This document shows positions 21,823 through 30,101 of a stretch of DNA of 32,000 bases, piece by piece (positions within the stretch are counted from its first letter, which is position 1; each line of letters begins with the position of its first letter). The notes under the pieces were generated by a model. That model was not told the DNA's origin and searched no databases. It saw nothing but the letters and a program-made list of their open reading frames with translations. The position numbers were made by a program, and so were the translations under genes. This stretch comes from Candidatus Saccharimonadota bacterium. Lineage in GTDB: Bacteria > Patescibacteriota > Saccharimonadia > Saccharimonadales > Saccharimonadaceae. The stretch lies in assembly GCA_001029695.1 (NCBI GenBank), contig CP011211.1, forward strand, positions 720,001-752,000. The letters run 5' to 3'.

Positions 21823-23100
21823 ATGAAAACAAAACTCATCATCTTTGGCATCACCGGCGACCTGTCGACACGAAAACTTTTACCAGCACTTTCTCGTATC
21901 ATTGGGACGGGTGATTTTGATGATCTTTCAATTATTGGGGTGTCGCGACGACACGTTGAGCAGTACGAGCTACTCGGTGATCACCATGAACAACTAAATG
22001 GTACAACGGCAATGTATACAATGGATCTTGCAAATCCCGATGATTACCGAGGTCTCAAATCATACATCGACCTCAAAGAAGATGAACAGGCAATTTTTTA
22101 CCTCTCCGTACCTCCCGCGAGTAGCGCGCAGATCGTCGAGCTTCTTGGCCAAGCTGGTCTAAATAGCGATAATGTAAAACTTCTTCTTGAAAAGCCGTTT
22201 GGAGTTGACCTTGTGTCCGCTCAGGATATGATTGAGCATGTTGGTCGTCACTATGACGAGTCGCAGGTGTATCGGATTGATCACTATCTCGCTAAGGAGA
22301 TGGCTCAAAATATCCTTAGTTTTCGTGGTCGAAATGCATTGTTCGCACATGTATGGAATAATACTGCGATTGAACGCATCGATGTTATCGCACTTGAGTC
22401 GATTGATATTGAAGGTCGTGCTCATTTTTACGAACAAGCGGGTGCGCTGCGCGATGTTCTGCAGGGGCATTTAATTCAGCTTCTTGCTTTGACGCTTCTT
22501 GAAGTGCCTGAGGATCTTGACTGGAATAAGCTCCCAGATGCACGCCTAAAAGCGCTACAGTGTATTCAGCCAGCCGATATCACAAAGAGTCTCCGAGCGC
22601 AGTATAACGGCTATAGAGACGAAGTTCAGAACCCAGATAGTCAGGTTGAAACATTTGTGTCGGTCGCCCTAAGCTCGAATGACCCTAACTGGCAAGGTGT
22701 GCCCTTGACGTTAACAACTGGCAAGGCGCTGGAGCGCAAGGCTACTGAGGTACGTATTCACTTCAAGAAAACGAATGGTGCACAAAGCAATTATCTTATA
22801 TTTCGTATTCAACCGCATGAGGGCATTGAGATTGATCTTGTCACAAAAAAACCTGGTTATGACCAAGACTTCGAAACTCAGGAACTCACGTTTAACTATC
22901 CCGAAGAAACTAATTTACCTGACGCTTATGAGCAGGTTATTGTCGATGCGATTCGTTCAAAGAAGAGTCTTTTTGCTGAGGGTGGAGAGGTGGTGCGATC
23001 ATGGGAGATTGTAGCGCCACTTCAGGAAGCGTGGCTGCGAGGTGAATCACCGCTGCGTTTTTACGACAAAGGCGACAGCGCCAAGTCTCTCTTCGCATAA
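21823..23100 (+). CDS. zwf: Glucose-6-phosphate 1-dehydrogenase
   Basis: 425 aa with FGITGDLSTRKLLPAL (NADP site), EKPFG and RIDHYLAKE (catalytic signature). It is shorter than typical enzymes of this family. Confidence 0.9.
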   Translation: MKTKLIIFGITGDLSTRKLLPALSRIIGTGDFDDLSIIGVSRRHVEQYELLGDHHEQLNGTTAMYTMDLANPDDYRGLKSYIDLKEDEQAIFYLSVPPASSAQIVELLGQAGLNSDNVKLLLEKPFGVDLVSAQDMIEHVGRHYDESQVYRIDHYLAKEMAQNILSFRGRNALFAHVWNNTAIERIDVIALESIDIEGRAHFYEQAGALRDVLQGHLIQLLALTLLEVPEDLDWNKLPDARLKALQCIQPADITKSLRAQYNGYRDEVQNPDSQVETFVSVALSSNDPNWQGVPLTLTTGKALERKATEVRIHFKKTNGAQSNYLIFRIQPHEGIEIDLVTKKPGYDQDFETQELTFNYPEETNLPDAYEQVIVDAIRSKKSLFAEGGEVVRSWEIVAPLQEAWLRGESPLRFYDKGDSAKSLFA

Positions 23101-23110
23101 CATAAGGGTA

Positions 23111-23139
23111 TTGACTTTTTAGCAAGTTTGGTGTAGTAT
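23111..23139 (+). promoter_or_regulatory. sigma70-like promoter TTGACT-17-TAGTAT
   Basis: The sequence reads TTGACTttttagcaagtttggtgTAGTAT. Confidence 0.6.
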
Positions 23140-23181
23140 AAGCTTATACATAAAAACATAAGCGAATAGATATCCACCACT

Positions 23182-25329
23182 ATGGCAACAAAACACGTTA
23201 GTCAAGAATCACTCAAAAACAGCAACGTCAACCCAGTTTCAGGAGTTGACCGGTTGGGGCGTACTCCCGAAGAAGCTGAAGCCGACCAGCAAGAGATGCT
23301 AAAACGTCAGTATGAAGCAGGACGTCCGTTTAGTGACGCAGGTCTCGCCGTACAGCGTGCTCTTCAGGGGTATAGCGGACTTCATGATGGATGGGGTGCT
23401 AAGCCGCTTGTTGGTGACGAGGGCAGGCCTAATACTGTCGATGGCGTGTATGAGCTGGGTCGTTTCATGGCTCGTGCTCGACAGGAAGCTGAGTATGCTT
23501 CTCGTGACACAAAAGACTACGAGCAGGCATTTATCGGTCACATGGAAACAGTCGCCGATAAATACAATGGTCTTACTAATCTTGATGAAGATGCGCTTAA
23601 TGCTTCGAAGCCTGGTGAAAAAGATGATCCAGCACAAATACATATCGCAGCTGTTCTTGAAAAGCTAAATGCTGAACGTGACGAAAAGATTCAAGCAAAT
23701 GACAATATTGCCGCTAGAAAACTAGAAGACGATATTGCAGTGGTTGGTCAGTATGCCGAGATTGTTAAGTCTGACTACGCTGATAAACCAGTTGGCAATG
23801 AGGCGCATGACTTTGTGGTGCAGTCCGAACTTGCAGATCGTACACTTCCTGACAAATCAGTCGATGAAGAGGATCGCAAAAGCGCTGACGAAACGCTTGG
23901 TGATGTTCGTAAGGCGCTCGATAAAGCGTCTGAATACAATGCACTTATTGCTGGTGGGGCGAATATCCTTGCGAACTATTATCCATCGCAAAAACTCCTT
24001 GAGAAGTTTGCTGTAGGAAAGATGGTAAATGTGTCTGGAGTAGAAGACGGTGAAACGTCATCATGGCAAATTGCTGGACTTGCGCCTGGTGATAAATTCA
24101 CTGTTGAGCAAAAAGACACTGAAGGAAACTATGTTTATAAGGATCTTTCACTTCGTGAATTACGCGAGATGAATGAAAATGGTGGCACGGAACCTGTAGC
24201 AGCACCAGCTGTTGAGCCAGCCCCTGCGCCCGTTGAGTCAAGTCCAGAACAGAGTGCACCGGCACCTATTAGCCCCGAGATGAAGGCCGCATCAGAACGA
24301 CTCGAAGGTCTTCGCTCAAAGCTTGCCGAACTTAATGCTCGCCGAGAGAAACGTATTTTTGCTGGCGATGCATGGCGCGGTGAAGAGTCTGATATGACAA
24401 GCGTGAAAGCTCTTCAGGAAGACTACCAGAGCGCGTCACGAGAATTATTTATACTAGAAAACCAAGATGTACTTATGGACGGTTCTGTCGAAAAGATTGA
24501 AAAGATCCGGCTTATTGCCGAGCATACAGTCACTGAAGCAAAAGCGCTCGATACAGAGATTCTCGAAAACTATAACAACAAGAATACGCGCATAGGCAAG
24601 TTTATCAAATGGTACGGTAAACGTGGACTTGCAAGTAAGATCGCAATAGGTGGCGCGCTCTCGATTGGTGCTGGTCTTTTGACGGGTGGCGCTGGTACGG
24701 CACTTGTTTCAGGTACGCTGATGGCTGCTGGCCTTGAGGCGAAGCGCCGTGAGAAACGTGGTGCTGGCGATAGTATGGTTGAATTGACTGCCGAAGATTT
24801 GACGTATCAATACCAGGGCAACACTAATGAAGATGCTTTTCTCGGCATGCAGTCTAAGGCAAGGGATGCGTTCGATAATCGAATCGAGAATGAGCAACGT
24901 AAGCGGGGTGTTCGAGTGCTCGGAAGCTTTGTTGCTGGTGCGACGATTGGAACTGTATCACACTACATTGTCCCACATATGGATGGTATGTTCGGCGGAG
25001 ATAGTGCACATGCAGTAGCGCCTGACGGAAGTAGCGTACCTGCTGGTGCTGAGGCTGGAGCTGATTTTGGCTCAGCACATAGCGCTGTTTCAGAGACCGC
25101 GGCGAATTTTGGACCAAATAATATCTATGTAAACCCAGGTGATGGCTTCAATAACCTTTTCCAACAGATGAACATCCCACAAGACCAGTGGTCAAGTCTG
25201 ATTGATAAAGTCGGCCCAGAGCTTGTGCAGCATGGTGACGCATATGTTATGCCAGACGGTAGTTTCGGCGTCAGTAATGTTGGCCAGCTATCGCAACAAG
25301 CCTTTGAAACAATTCTGAAAAGTCGTTAA
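23182..25329 (+). CDS. Hypothetical large membrane protein (715 aa)
   Basis: Soluble N-terminal region of about 490 aa containing an AP-rich tract (EPVAAPAVEPAPAPVESSPEQSAPAPISPE) and coiled-coil-like segments. It has a Gly/Ala-rich TM hairpin (IAIGGALSIGAGLLTGGAGTALVSGTLMAAGL), a further TM (VLGSFVAGATIGTVSHYIV) and a C-terminal domain of about 110 aa. Confidence 0.7.
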   Translation: MATKHVSQESLKNSNVNPVSGVDRLGRTPEEAEADQQEMLKRQYEAGRPFSDAGLAVQRALQGYSGLHDGWGAKPLVGDEGRPNTVDGVYELGRFMARARQEAEYASRDTKDYEQAFIGHMETVADKYNGLTNLDEDALNASKPGEKDDPAQIHIAAVLEKLNAERDEKIQANDNIAARKLEDDIAVVGQYAEIVKSDYADKPVGNEAHDFVVQSELADRTLPDKSVDEEDRKSADETLGDVRKALDKASEYNALIAGGANILANYYPSQKLLEKFAVGKMVNVSGVEDGETSSWQIAGLAPGDKFTVEQKDTEGNYVYKDLSLRELREMNENGGTEPVAAPAVEPAPAPVESSPEQSAPAPISPEMKAASERLEGLRSKLAELNARREKRIFAGDAWRGEESDMTSVKALQEDYQSASRELFILENQDVLMDGSVEKIEKIRLIAEHTVTEAKALDTEILENYNNKNTRIGKFIKWYGKRGLASKIAIGGALSIGAGLLTGGAGTALVSGTLMAAGLEAKRREKRGAGDSMVELTAEDLTYQYQGNTNEDAFLGMQSKARDAFDNRIENEQRKRGVRVLGSFVAGATIGTVSHYIVPHMDGMFGGDSAHAVAPDGSSVPAGAEAGADFGSAHSAVSETAANFGPNNIYVNPGDGFNNLFQQMNIPQDQWSSLIDKVGPELVQHGDAYVMPDGSFGVSNVGQLSQQAFETILKSR

Positions 25330-25351
25330 GTAAATAGCGTCAAATAGACAA

Positions 25352-25386
25352 CACACTCCGCTAGATATGGCGGAGTGTGTTGGTTT
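25352..25386 (+). terminator. Intrinsic terminator (11-bp stem, short U-run)
   Basis: acacactccgc-tagatatg-gcggagtgtgt followed by ggtttg. Confidence 0.6.
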
Positions 25387-25388
25387 GA

Positions 25389-25397
25389 TGCTACAAT
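25389..25397 (+). promoter_or_regulatory. Extended -10 TGCTACAAT, 8 nt upstream of ATG 25406
   Basis: The sequence reads TGCTACAATgaaatcccATG. Confidence 0.4.
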
Positions 25398-25405
25398 GAA
25401 ATCCC

Positions 25406-27013
25406 ATGGGAGAGGGATATCTTATGGATCAAAAACAGAAATATATTTTTGTAACGGGAGGCGTACTTTCGGGGGTAGGAAAGGGCATCACGGCGGCAAG
25501 TATTGGCGCTGTCTTACAGGCAAAGGGCATTTCGGTGTCAATTCAAAAATGTGATCCGTATCTAAATGTAGATGCGGGTCTTTTAAATCCTGCGGAACAT
25601 GGCGAGTGTTTTGTGACAAAAGATGGAGCGGAGACTGATCTTGACCTTGGTCATTATGAGCGTTTTTTGGATATTGAGCTGACGCAGAAAAACGCTACAC
25701 TATCAGGTAAGCTGCTGTCGCAGTTGATTGCTGATGAGCGTGCCGGAAAATTTGGCGGTAAAACGGTCCAGTTGGTGCCGCATCTCACGGGTGCGATTCA
25801 GGATGCGATCGAGCTTGCAGCCGATGGCAGCCAGGTGCATATCGTTGAAATTGGCGGTACGGTAGGTGACTATGAGGGGTTGAGTTTTGTTGAGGCGATC
25901 CGCGAATTTTCAGGCCGTGTGGGTCGCGAGAACTGCATGTACGTCCATGTTGTGTACGTGCCATTTATTGGGACAAGTAAAGAATTTAAGACAAAACCTG
26001 CACAAAATGCACTGAATGAGCTTCGCGGATTTGGGATCACACCTGACTGTGTCGTCGTGCGAACTGACGACATCGCACCGGGGAATGTTGCTCGGAAGAT
26101 TAGCCAGTTTAGTGGCGTAGATGAAGATGCGGTCGTGTTGCTGCACAATGCAAAAACGGTCTTTCAGGTGCCATTGACTATCGCTGCGAGCGGTATCAAT
26201 GATGTACTTACGGAGTTTACGGGCAACTCGGAGACACCGAATCTTTCAAAATGGGAGACAATTGTTCGTGCGCAGGAGGCTGAGCATACTCAGACGGTGA
26301 AGATCGGGCTGGTCGCGAAATATATGGACAATGAAGATACCTATATATCTGTGCTTGAGGCACTTAAGAGTGCGGCATGGCAGGAAAAGGTGGGGCTGGA
26401 TATTGTCTGGATCAACGCTGAGACGGCTGATGATGAGGACTTCAAGGCAGTTGATGGCATCTTGGTACCTGGCGGCTTTGGTGAACGAGGTGTGAATGGA
26501 AAAATCGCTGCGGCCCACTATGCGCTTGCAGAAGATGCTCCTTATTTGGGTATTTGTCTGGGACTTCAGGTCGCGGTGGTGGCATCGGCACGTCGCGGCG
26601 GTCTTACGAATGCACATAGCACTGAGTTTGATGCGGGGACGGTGAGTGATGTGGTTTATATTATGGAAGGTCAGGCGGGCAAGGAGTCGACAGGCGGGAC
26701 ACTTCGACTTGGAGACTACGATGCGCGGCTTGCGCCTGGTTCACTTGCTGCAGACCTCTACGGCGCAGAATCAGTCACGGAGCGACACCGACATCGCTAT
26801 GAAGTAAATCAGAAGTTTACGCCAGAGATAACCGCAGGAGGACTTGTGATCAGCGGCACCTCACCGGACGGTGCATTGGTTGAGTTCGTTGAAGCTCCAG
26901 CAAGTCGATTCTTTGTCGCAACTCAAGCGCACCCAGAGCTAAAAAGCCGACCCGATCGAGCGCACCCATTGTTTGTCGGCCTCATCCAAGCGGCAAAGCA
27001 AGGCGCTCTTTAG
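25406..27013 (+). CDS. pyrG: CTP synthase
   Basis: YIFVTGGVLSGVGKGI, the GATase domain LGICLGLQ and ...HPE. The start is ambiguous: ATG 25406 would be leaderless, while ATG 25424 (MDQKQKYIFVTGG) is preceded by GGGAGAGGG. Confidence 0.95.
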   Translation: MGEGYLMDQKQKYIFVTGGVLSGVGKGITAASIGAVLQAKGISVSIQKCDPYLNVDAGLLNPAEHGECFVTKDGAETDLDLGHYERFLDIELTQKNATLSGKLLSQLIADERAGKFGGKTVQLVPHLTGAIQDAIELAADGSQVHIVEIGGTVGDYEGLSFVEAIREFSGRVGRENCMYVHVVYVPFIGTSKEFKTKPAQNALNELRGFGITPDCVVVRTDDIAPGNVARKISQFSGVDEDAVVLLHNAKTVFQVPLTIAASGINDVLTEFTGNSETPNLSKWETIVRAQEAEHTQTVKIGLVAKYMDNEDTYISVLEALKSAAWQEKVGLDIVWINAETADDEDFKAVDGILVPGGFGERGVNGKIAAAHYALAEDAPYLGICLGLQVAVVASARRGGLTNAHSTEFDAGTVSDVVYIMEGQAGKESTGGTLRLGDYDARLAPGSLAADLYGAESVTERHRHRYEVNQKFTPEITAGGLVISGTSPDGALVEFVEAPASRFFVATQAHPELKSRPDRAHPLFVGLIQAAKQGAL

Positions 27014-27163
27014 AGGATTCTGTGCTCAGAAGTTAGCTTCTAGGCATAAGCGTAATACTGTATACTAGAGCTCAGCTACTAAAGATAACTGAGAGATAAA
27101 TCAACAATGGTGCGCCTGTTCGGATATGCAAATAACATCGTTCATCCTAGAAGGGATGGCTCG

Positions 27164-27661
27164 ATGTCGCGCAGCGCTAGTGGTTTTACGATCATCGAGT
27201 TGTTGATTGTTATTGTTGTGATCGGTATTCTTGCTGCTATTACCATCGTTGCGTTTAATGGAGTGCAAAACAGGGCGTACAATACAGCTATACAAAGTGA
27301 CTTAAAAAACTTTAAGACTAAAGTTGAAGTATATAAGATCGACAATAATGATCAGTATCCTGATGCAACACAACTTCCAGTATTAAAGTTTAAGGCATCT
27401 CAAGCTGCGTATTCGGCCGCACCAACTGATCAAAGTAATCTATATTATTGTTACTCCGCCACTGATAGGTCAATATTTGGGCTTGTTGCAAAAAGTAAAT
27501 CCGGAAGTGGTTATTCGATAACAAACTCTACTGGAGTGCAGCCATATACAGGAGCCTATGCTAACCCATGTACGGGGCTTTCCGCCTCCCTGACTAACAA
27601 CTATAGGGGATACGCCACAGATGACGTTACCGATGGTCCATGGCGGACGTGGGCACGATAG
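27164..27661 (+). CDS. Type IV pilin / pseudopilin with a prepilin N-terminal cleavage-methylation motif
   Basis: MSRSASG|FTIIELLIVIVVIGILAAI has Gly at -1, Phe at +1 and Glu at +5. The SD AAGGGA lies 7 nt upstream of ATG 27164. The ORF track's 27107 start is probably too long. Confidence 0.85.
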   Translation: MSRSASGFTIIELLIVIVVIGILAAITIVAFNGVQNRAYNTAIQSDLKNFKTKVEVYKIDNNDQYPDATQLPVLKFKASQAAYSAAPTDQSNLYYCYSATDRSIFGLVAKSKSGSGYSITNSTGVQPYTGAYANPCTGLSASLTNNYRGYATDDVTDGPWRTWAR

Positions 27662-27668
27662 CATAGTA

Positions 27669-27697
27669 TTGACTTTTTTATACATAAGTGCTATAGT
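27669..27697 (+). promoter_or_regulatory. sigma70-like promoter TTGACT-17-TATAGT
   Basis: The sequence reads TTGACTtttttatacataagtgcTATAGT. Confidence 0.55.
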
Positions 27698-27724
27698 GAG
27701 TAGTGTAAAGGTATAAAAACAAAT

Positions 27725-27898
27725 ATGCACCACAATACAAATGATACAAACGAACAAACTGGATTTACTGACGACGCACGAGTGCTTCGCTACCTGCTCC
27801 ATACGATAAAGGGCATTAGTCCTGTATCTGGAGGTGAAATGGGTATCGCACTTGAACAAGAGTACGCGGTTTCTAACGATAGTTTCGACGAACTGTAG
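27725..27898 (+). CDS. Possible small acidic protein (57 aa)
   Basis: Not in the ORF track. ATG 27725 to TAG 27896-27898. The translation is MHHNTNDTNEQTGFTDDARVLRYLLHTIKGISPVSGGEMGIALEQEYAVSNDSFDEL. It lies downstream of a good promoter but has a weak SD. Confidence 0.3.
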   Translation: MHHNTNDTNEQTGFTDDARVLRYLLHTIKGISPVSGGEMGIALEQEYAVSNDSFDEL

Positions 27899-27926
27899 TT
27901 AGTAGCAAACGCATTTTTTACACCTC

Positions 27927-27935
27927 TGTTATAAT
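27927..27935 (+). promoter_or_regulatory. Extended -10 TGTTATAAT, 9 nt upstream of the argS ATG (candidate leaderless)
   Basis: The sequence reads TGTTATAATagggtctatATG. Confidence 0.45.
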
Positions 27936-27944
27936 AGGGTCTAT

Positions 27945-29570
27945 ATGGACACAAAACTAGCACAGATTGTAAAAGAACTATTCGATATTGACGTTGAGAT
28001 TAAACTCACACGTCCCGATGCTCAGTTTGGTGACTACGCTTCTAATGTAGCGCTCCAGCTTGCAAAGCCACTCTCGAAAAGCCCACGTGCTATCGCGGAA
28101 GAAATTGCTAATTCGCTTCGAGCGTCAGGCGATTTTGATGCGGTGACGATCGCTGGGCCGGGATTTATTAATCTGACTGTCTCGACGCAATCATTGCTTG
28201 ATGAGCTTGAACATCACCCGCAAAAAAGTCGGTCAGGTGAGTCTGTAGTTGTAGAGGTAAATAACCCAAATCCTTTTAAGGATCTGCATATTGGGCATGC
28301 CTATAACTGCATTACGGCAGATACACTCGCGAATCTTTTAGAGGCGAGCGGAGCGGTGACGCATCGCGTGAGTTATCACGGTGATGTTGGTCTGCATGTC
28401 GGTAAGAGTATGTGGGCGATTCTTCGCTATGTCGATGGCGATATGTCACGGCTTGACGCTATTCCAGTGCGCGAGCGACCGGCATTTATGAGCCGAATGT
28501 ATGTCGAGGGTGCGGCAGCATATAAAGATGACGATGATGCGAAGCAAGCGATTGAGTTTTTGACGAAACAATCGTTTGGCTTCGACGATGTATTTGAGCA
28601 AAACGTGTACGACACATGTAAAGCGTGGAGTTTTTCTTATATTGATGAGACGATACTACGTCTCGGAAGTCATGCTGCAGAGAAACGCTACGTAGAGAGT
28701 GATGCGGATGCGCTTGGCATGGCGACTGTAAAGTCACAGGTCGGAACGGTATTTGAGGAGAGTGATGGAGCAATTGTATTTCCTGGTGAGAAATATGGGT
28801 TGTATACAAATGTATTCGTTTCTTCTAGGGGTACAGGGCTATATGCTGCGCGTGACTTAGGGTTGATGCAGCTCAAGCAGCGCGACTTTCATCCGAATAA
28901 AAGTTTTATCATAACTGGTGATGAACAAAAGGCGTATTTTGAAGTTGTTATAAAAGCAGCTGAGCTTGCGCTCCCCGAACTTAGTGGAGTCACGAAGAAT
29001 ATACCAACGGGCACAGTTAAGTTATCGACTGGCAAGATGAGTTCGAGAACAGGTGAAGCACTCAATATTGAGTGGTTATTTGAGAAGCTGCATGCGGCGG
29101 CAAGTGAGCGCGGCGAAGTAAAAGATGTGGTGATTATTGCTGCACTTCGGTATGCATTTTTGAAAGTGCGTATCGGAAGCGACATCATTTTCGATATCAA
29201 TGAGGCGTTGAGTATCGAAGGAAATTCGGGACCATATCTGCAGTATGCTCATGCGCGTGCAAGGAGTATTTTGGGAAAGACAGCTAAAGCGAGCGTGCGA
29301 CCAGTGGAGCTTGGTGAGGCAGAACGTTTGCTCGTATCTAAGCTTGGCGAGTATAGCGATATGGCAACGCAGGCTATGAATCAACTTGCGCCGCATACTC
29401 TTTGTGCATATCTATATGAACTGTCACAAGTGTTTAATCGTTTTTACGAAAAATCACAGGTGGTTGGTGATGCTCGTGAAGCAGAGCGAGTATATATAGT
29501 TCATGCGTACGCCGAGACGCTTAAGCGTGGACTTACATTGCTCGGGATACCCGCTCCTGAGCAGCTATAA
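27945..29570 (+). CDS. argS: Arginine--tRNA ligase
   Basis: 541 aa. Class I HIGH-type motif (DLHIGHAYN) and overall ArgRS architecture, including the C-terminal anticodon-binding (DALR-type) region. Confidence 0.9.
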   Translation: MDTKLAQIVKELFDIDVEIKLTRPDAQFGDYASNVALQLAKPLSKSPRAIAEEIANSLRASGDFDAVTIAGPGFINLTVSTQSLLDELEHHPQKSRSGESVVVEVNNPNPFKDLHIGHAYNCITADTLANLLEASGAVTHRVSYHGDVGLHVGKSMWAILRYVDGDMSRLDAIPVRERPAFMSRMYVEGAAAYKDDDDAKQAIEFLTKQSFGFDDVFEQNVYDTCKAWSFSYIDETILRLGSHAAEKRYVESDADALGMATVKSQVGTVFEESDGAIVFPGEKYGLYTNVFVSSRGTGLYAARDLGLMQLKQRDFHPNKSFIITGDEQKAYFEVVIKAAELALPELSGVTKNIPTGTVKLSTGKMSSRTGEALNIEWLFEKLHAAASERGEVKDVVIIAALRYAFLKVRIGSDIIFDINEALSIEGNSGPYLQYAHARARSILGKTAKASVRPVELGEAERLLVSKLGEYSDMATQAMNQLAPHTLCAYLYELSQVFNRFYEKSQVVGDAREAERVYIVHAYAETLKRGLTLLGIPAPEQL

Positions 29571-29571
29571 A

Positions 29572-29600
29572 TTGGCTTTTGTAAAATGATAGTATATAAT
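29572..29600 (+). promoter_or_regulatory. sigma70-like promoter TTGGCT-17-TATAAT
   Basis: The sequence reads TTGGCTtttgtaaaatgatagtaTATAAT, starting 2 nt after the argS stop. Confidence 0.55.
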
Positions 29601-29622
29601 ACTATTTAAGGAAGCGAAATTG

Positions 29623-29688
29623 ATGAGTACAACGAGACAACAATTCATTCTCTGTGACATGTTGTTTACCGTGCACTTGGCGAGGTAG
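29623..29688 (+). CDS. Candidate 21-codon micro-ORF (MSTTRQQFILCDMLFTVHLAR)
   Basis: AAGGAAG (29608-29614) lies 8 nt upstream of ATG 29623, with TAG at 29686-29688. It sits between a strong promoter and an intrinsic terminator. Confidence 0.3.
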   Translation: MSTTRQQFILCDMLFTVHLAR

Positions 29689-29713
29689 TTTCCGGTTTCA
29701 TCCGCAGCCTAAC

Positions 29714-29739
29714 ATCTCGTCTCGTAGGGCGAGATTTTT
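29714..29739 (+). terminator. Intrinsic terminator / possible attenuator
   Basis: atctcgtc-tcgtag-ggcgagat (8 bp, one G-U pair) followed by tttt. Confidence 0.6.
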
Positions 29740-29814
29740 GTACATCAGGTACACTGCGGCGCAGTACGGATCTTCGAGAGATACTCGGATCTGGAAGAAC
29801 AATATGGAGGAGAA

Positions 29815-30096
29815 ATGGTGAGCGAAGACGATCTACACACTAAGGTGCTGCGCGCGATTGGCGCGGAGCAAGTCGCAGGTCTGAGGGTGGTGTCGTGTGC
29901 TGACTTTATGGTAAGTCAACGAATCGAAGATGTCAGTCCAAGACAGATGGAAGCCGTTTTTACGAGCATGGTTGAGCACGGTCTCATTTGCTTCGAGCGA
30001 ATCGAGAATGATCGGGTTCGACGGTTTTCGTTCATGGATGCAGGACGAGATTTATATGCGAAGCTGAAACGCCCTGAAATGCCACTTTGGTCGTAG
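29815..30096 (+). CDS. Small protein (93 aa), possibly a winged-helix DNA-binding protein
   Basis: GGAGGAG lies upstream of ATG 29815 / GTG 29818. The pattern ...MEAVFTSMVEHGLICFERIENDRVRRFSFMDAGRDLYAKL resembles a recognition helix plus wing, by eye only. Confidence 0.5.
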   Translation: MVSEDDLHTKVLRAIGAEQVAGLRVVSCADFMVSQRIEDVSPRQMEAVFTSMVEHGLICFERIENDRVRRFSFMDAGRDLYAKLKRPEMPLWS

Positions 30097-30101
30097 CTAT
30101 T

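Noticed and set aside
29655-29712. A possible SRP (4.5S) RNA, because of GTTTACC...GCAGCC, which is reminiscent of the E. coli ffs sequence.
   Set aside because: The universally conserved domain IV core (GGUCCGGAAGGAAGCAGC-type symmetric loop and GNRA tetraloop) is absent on both strands.
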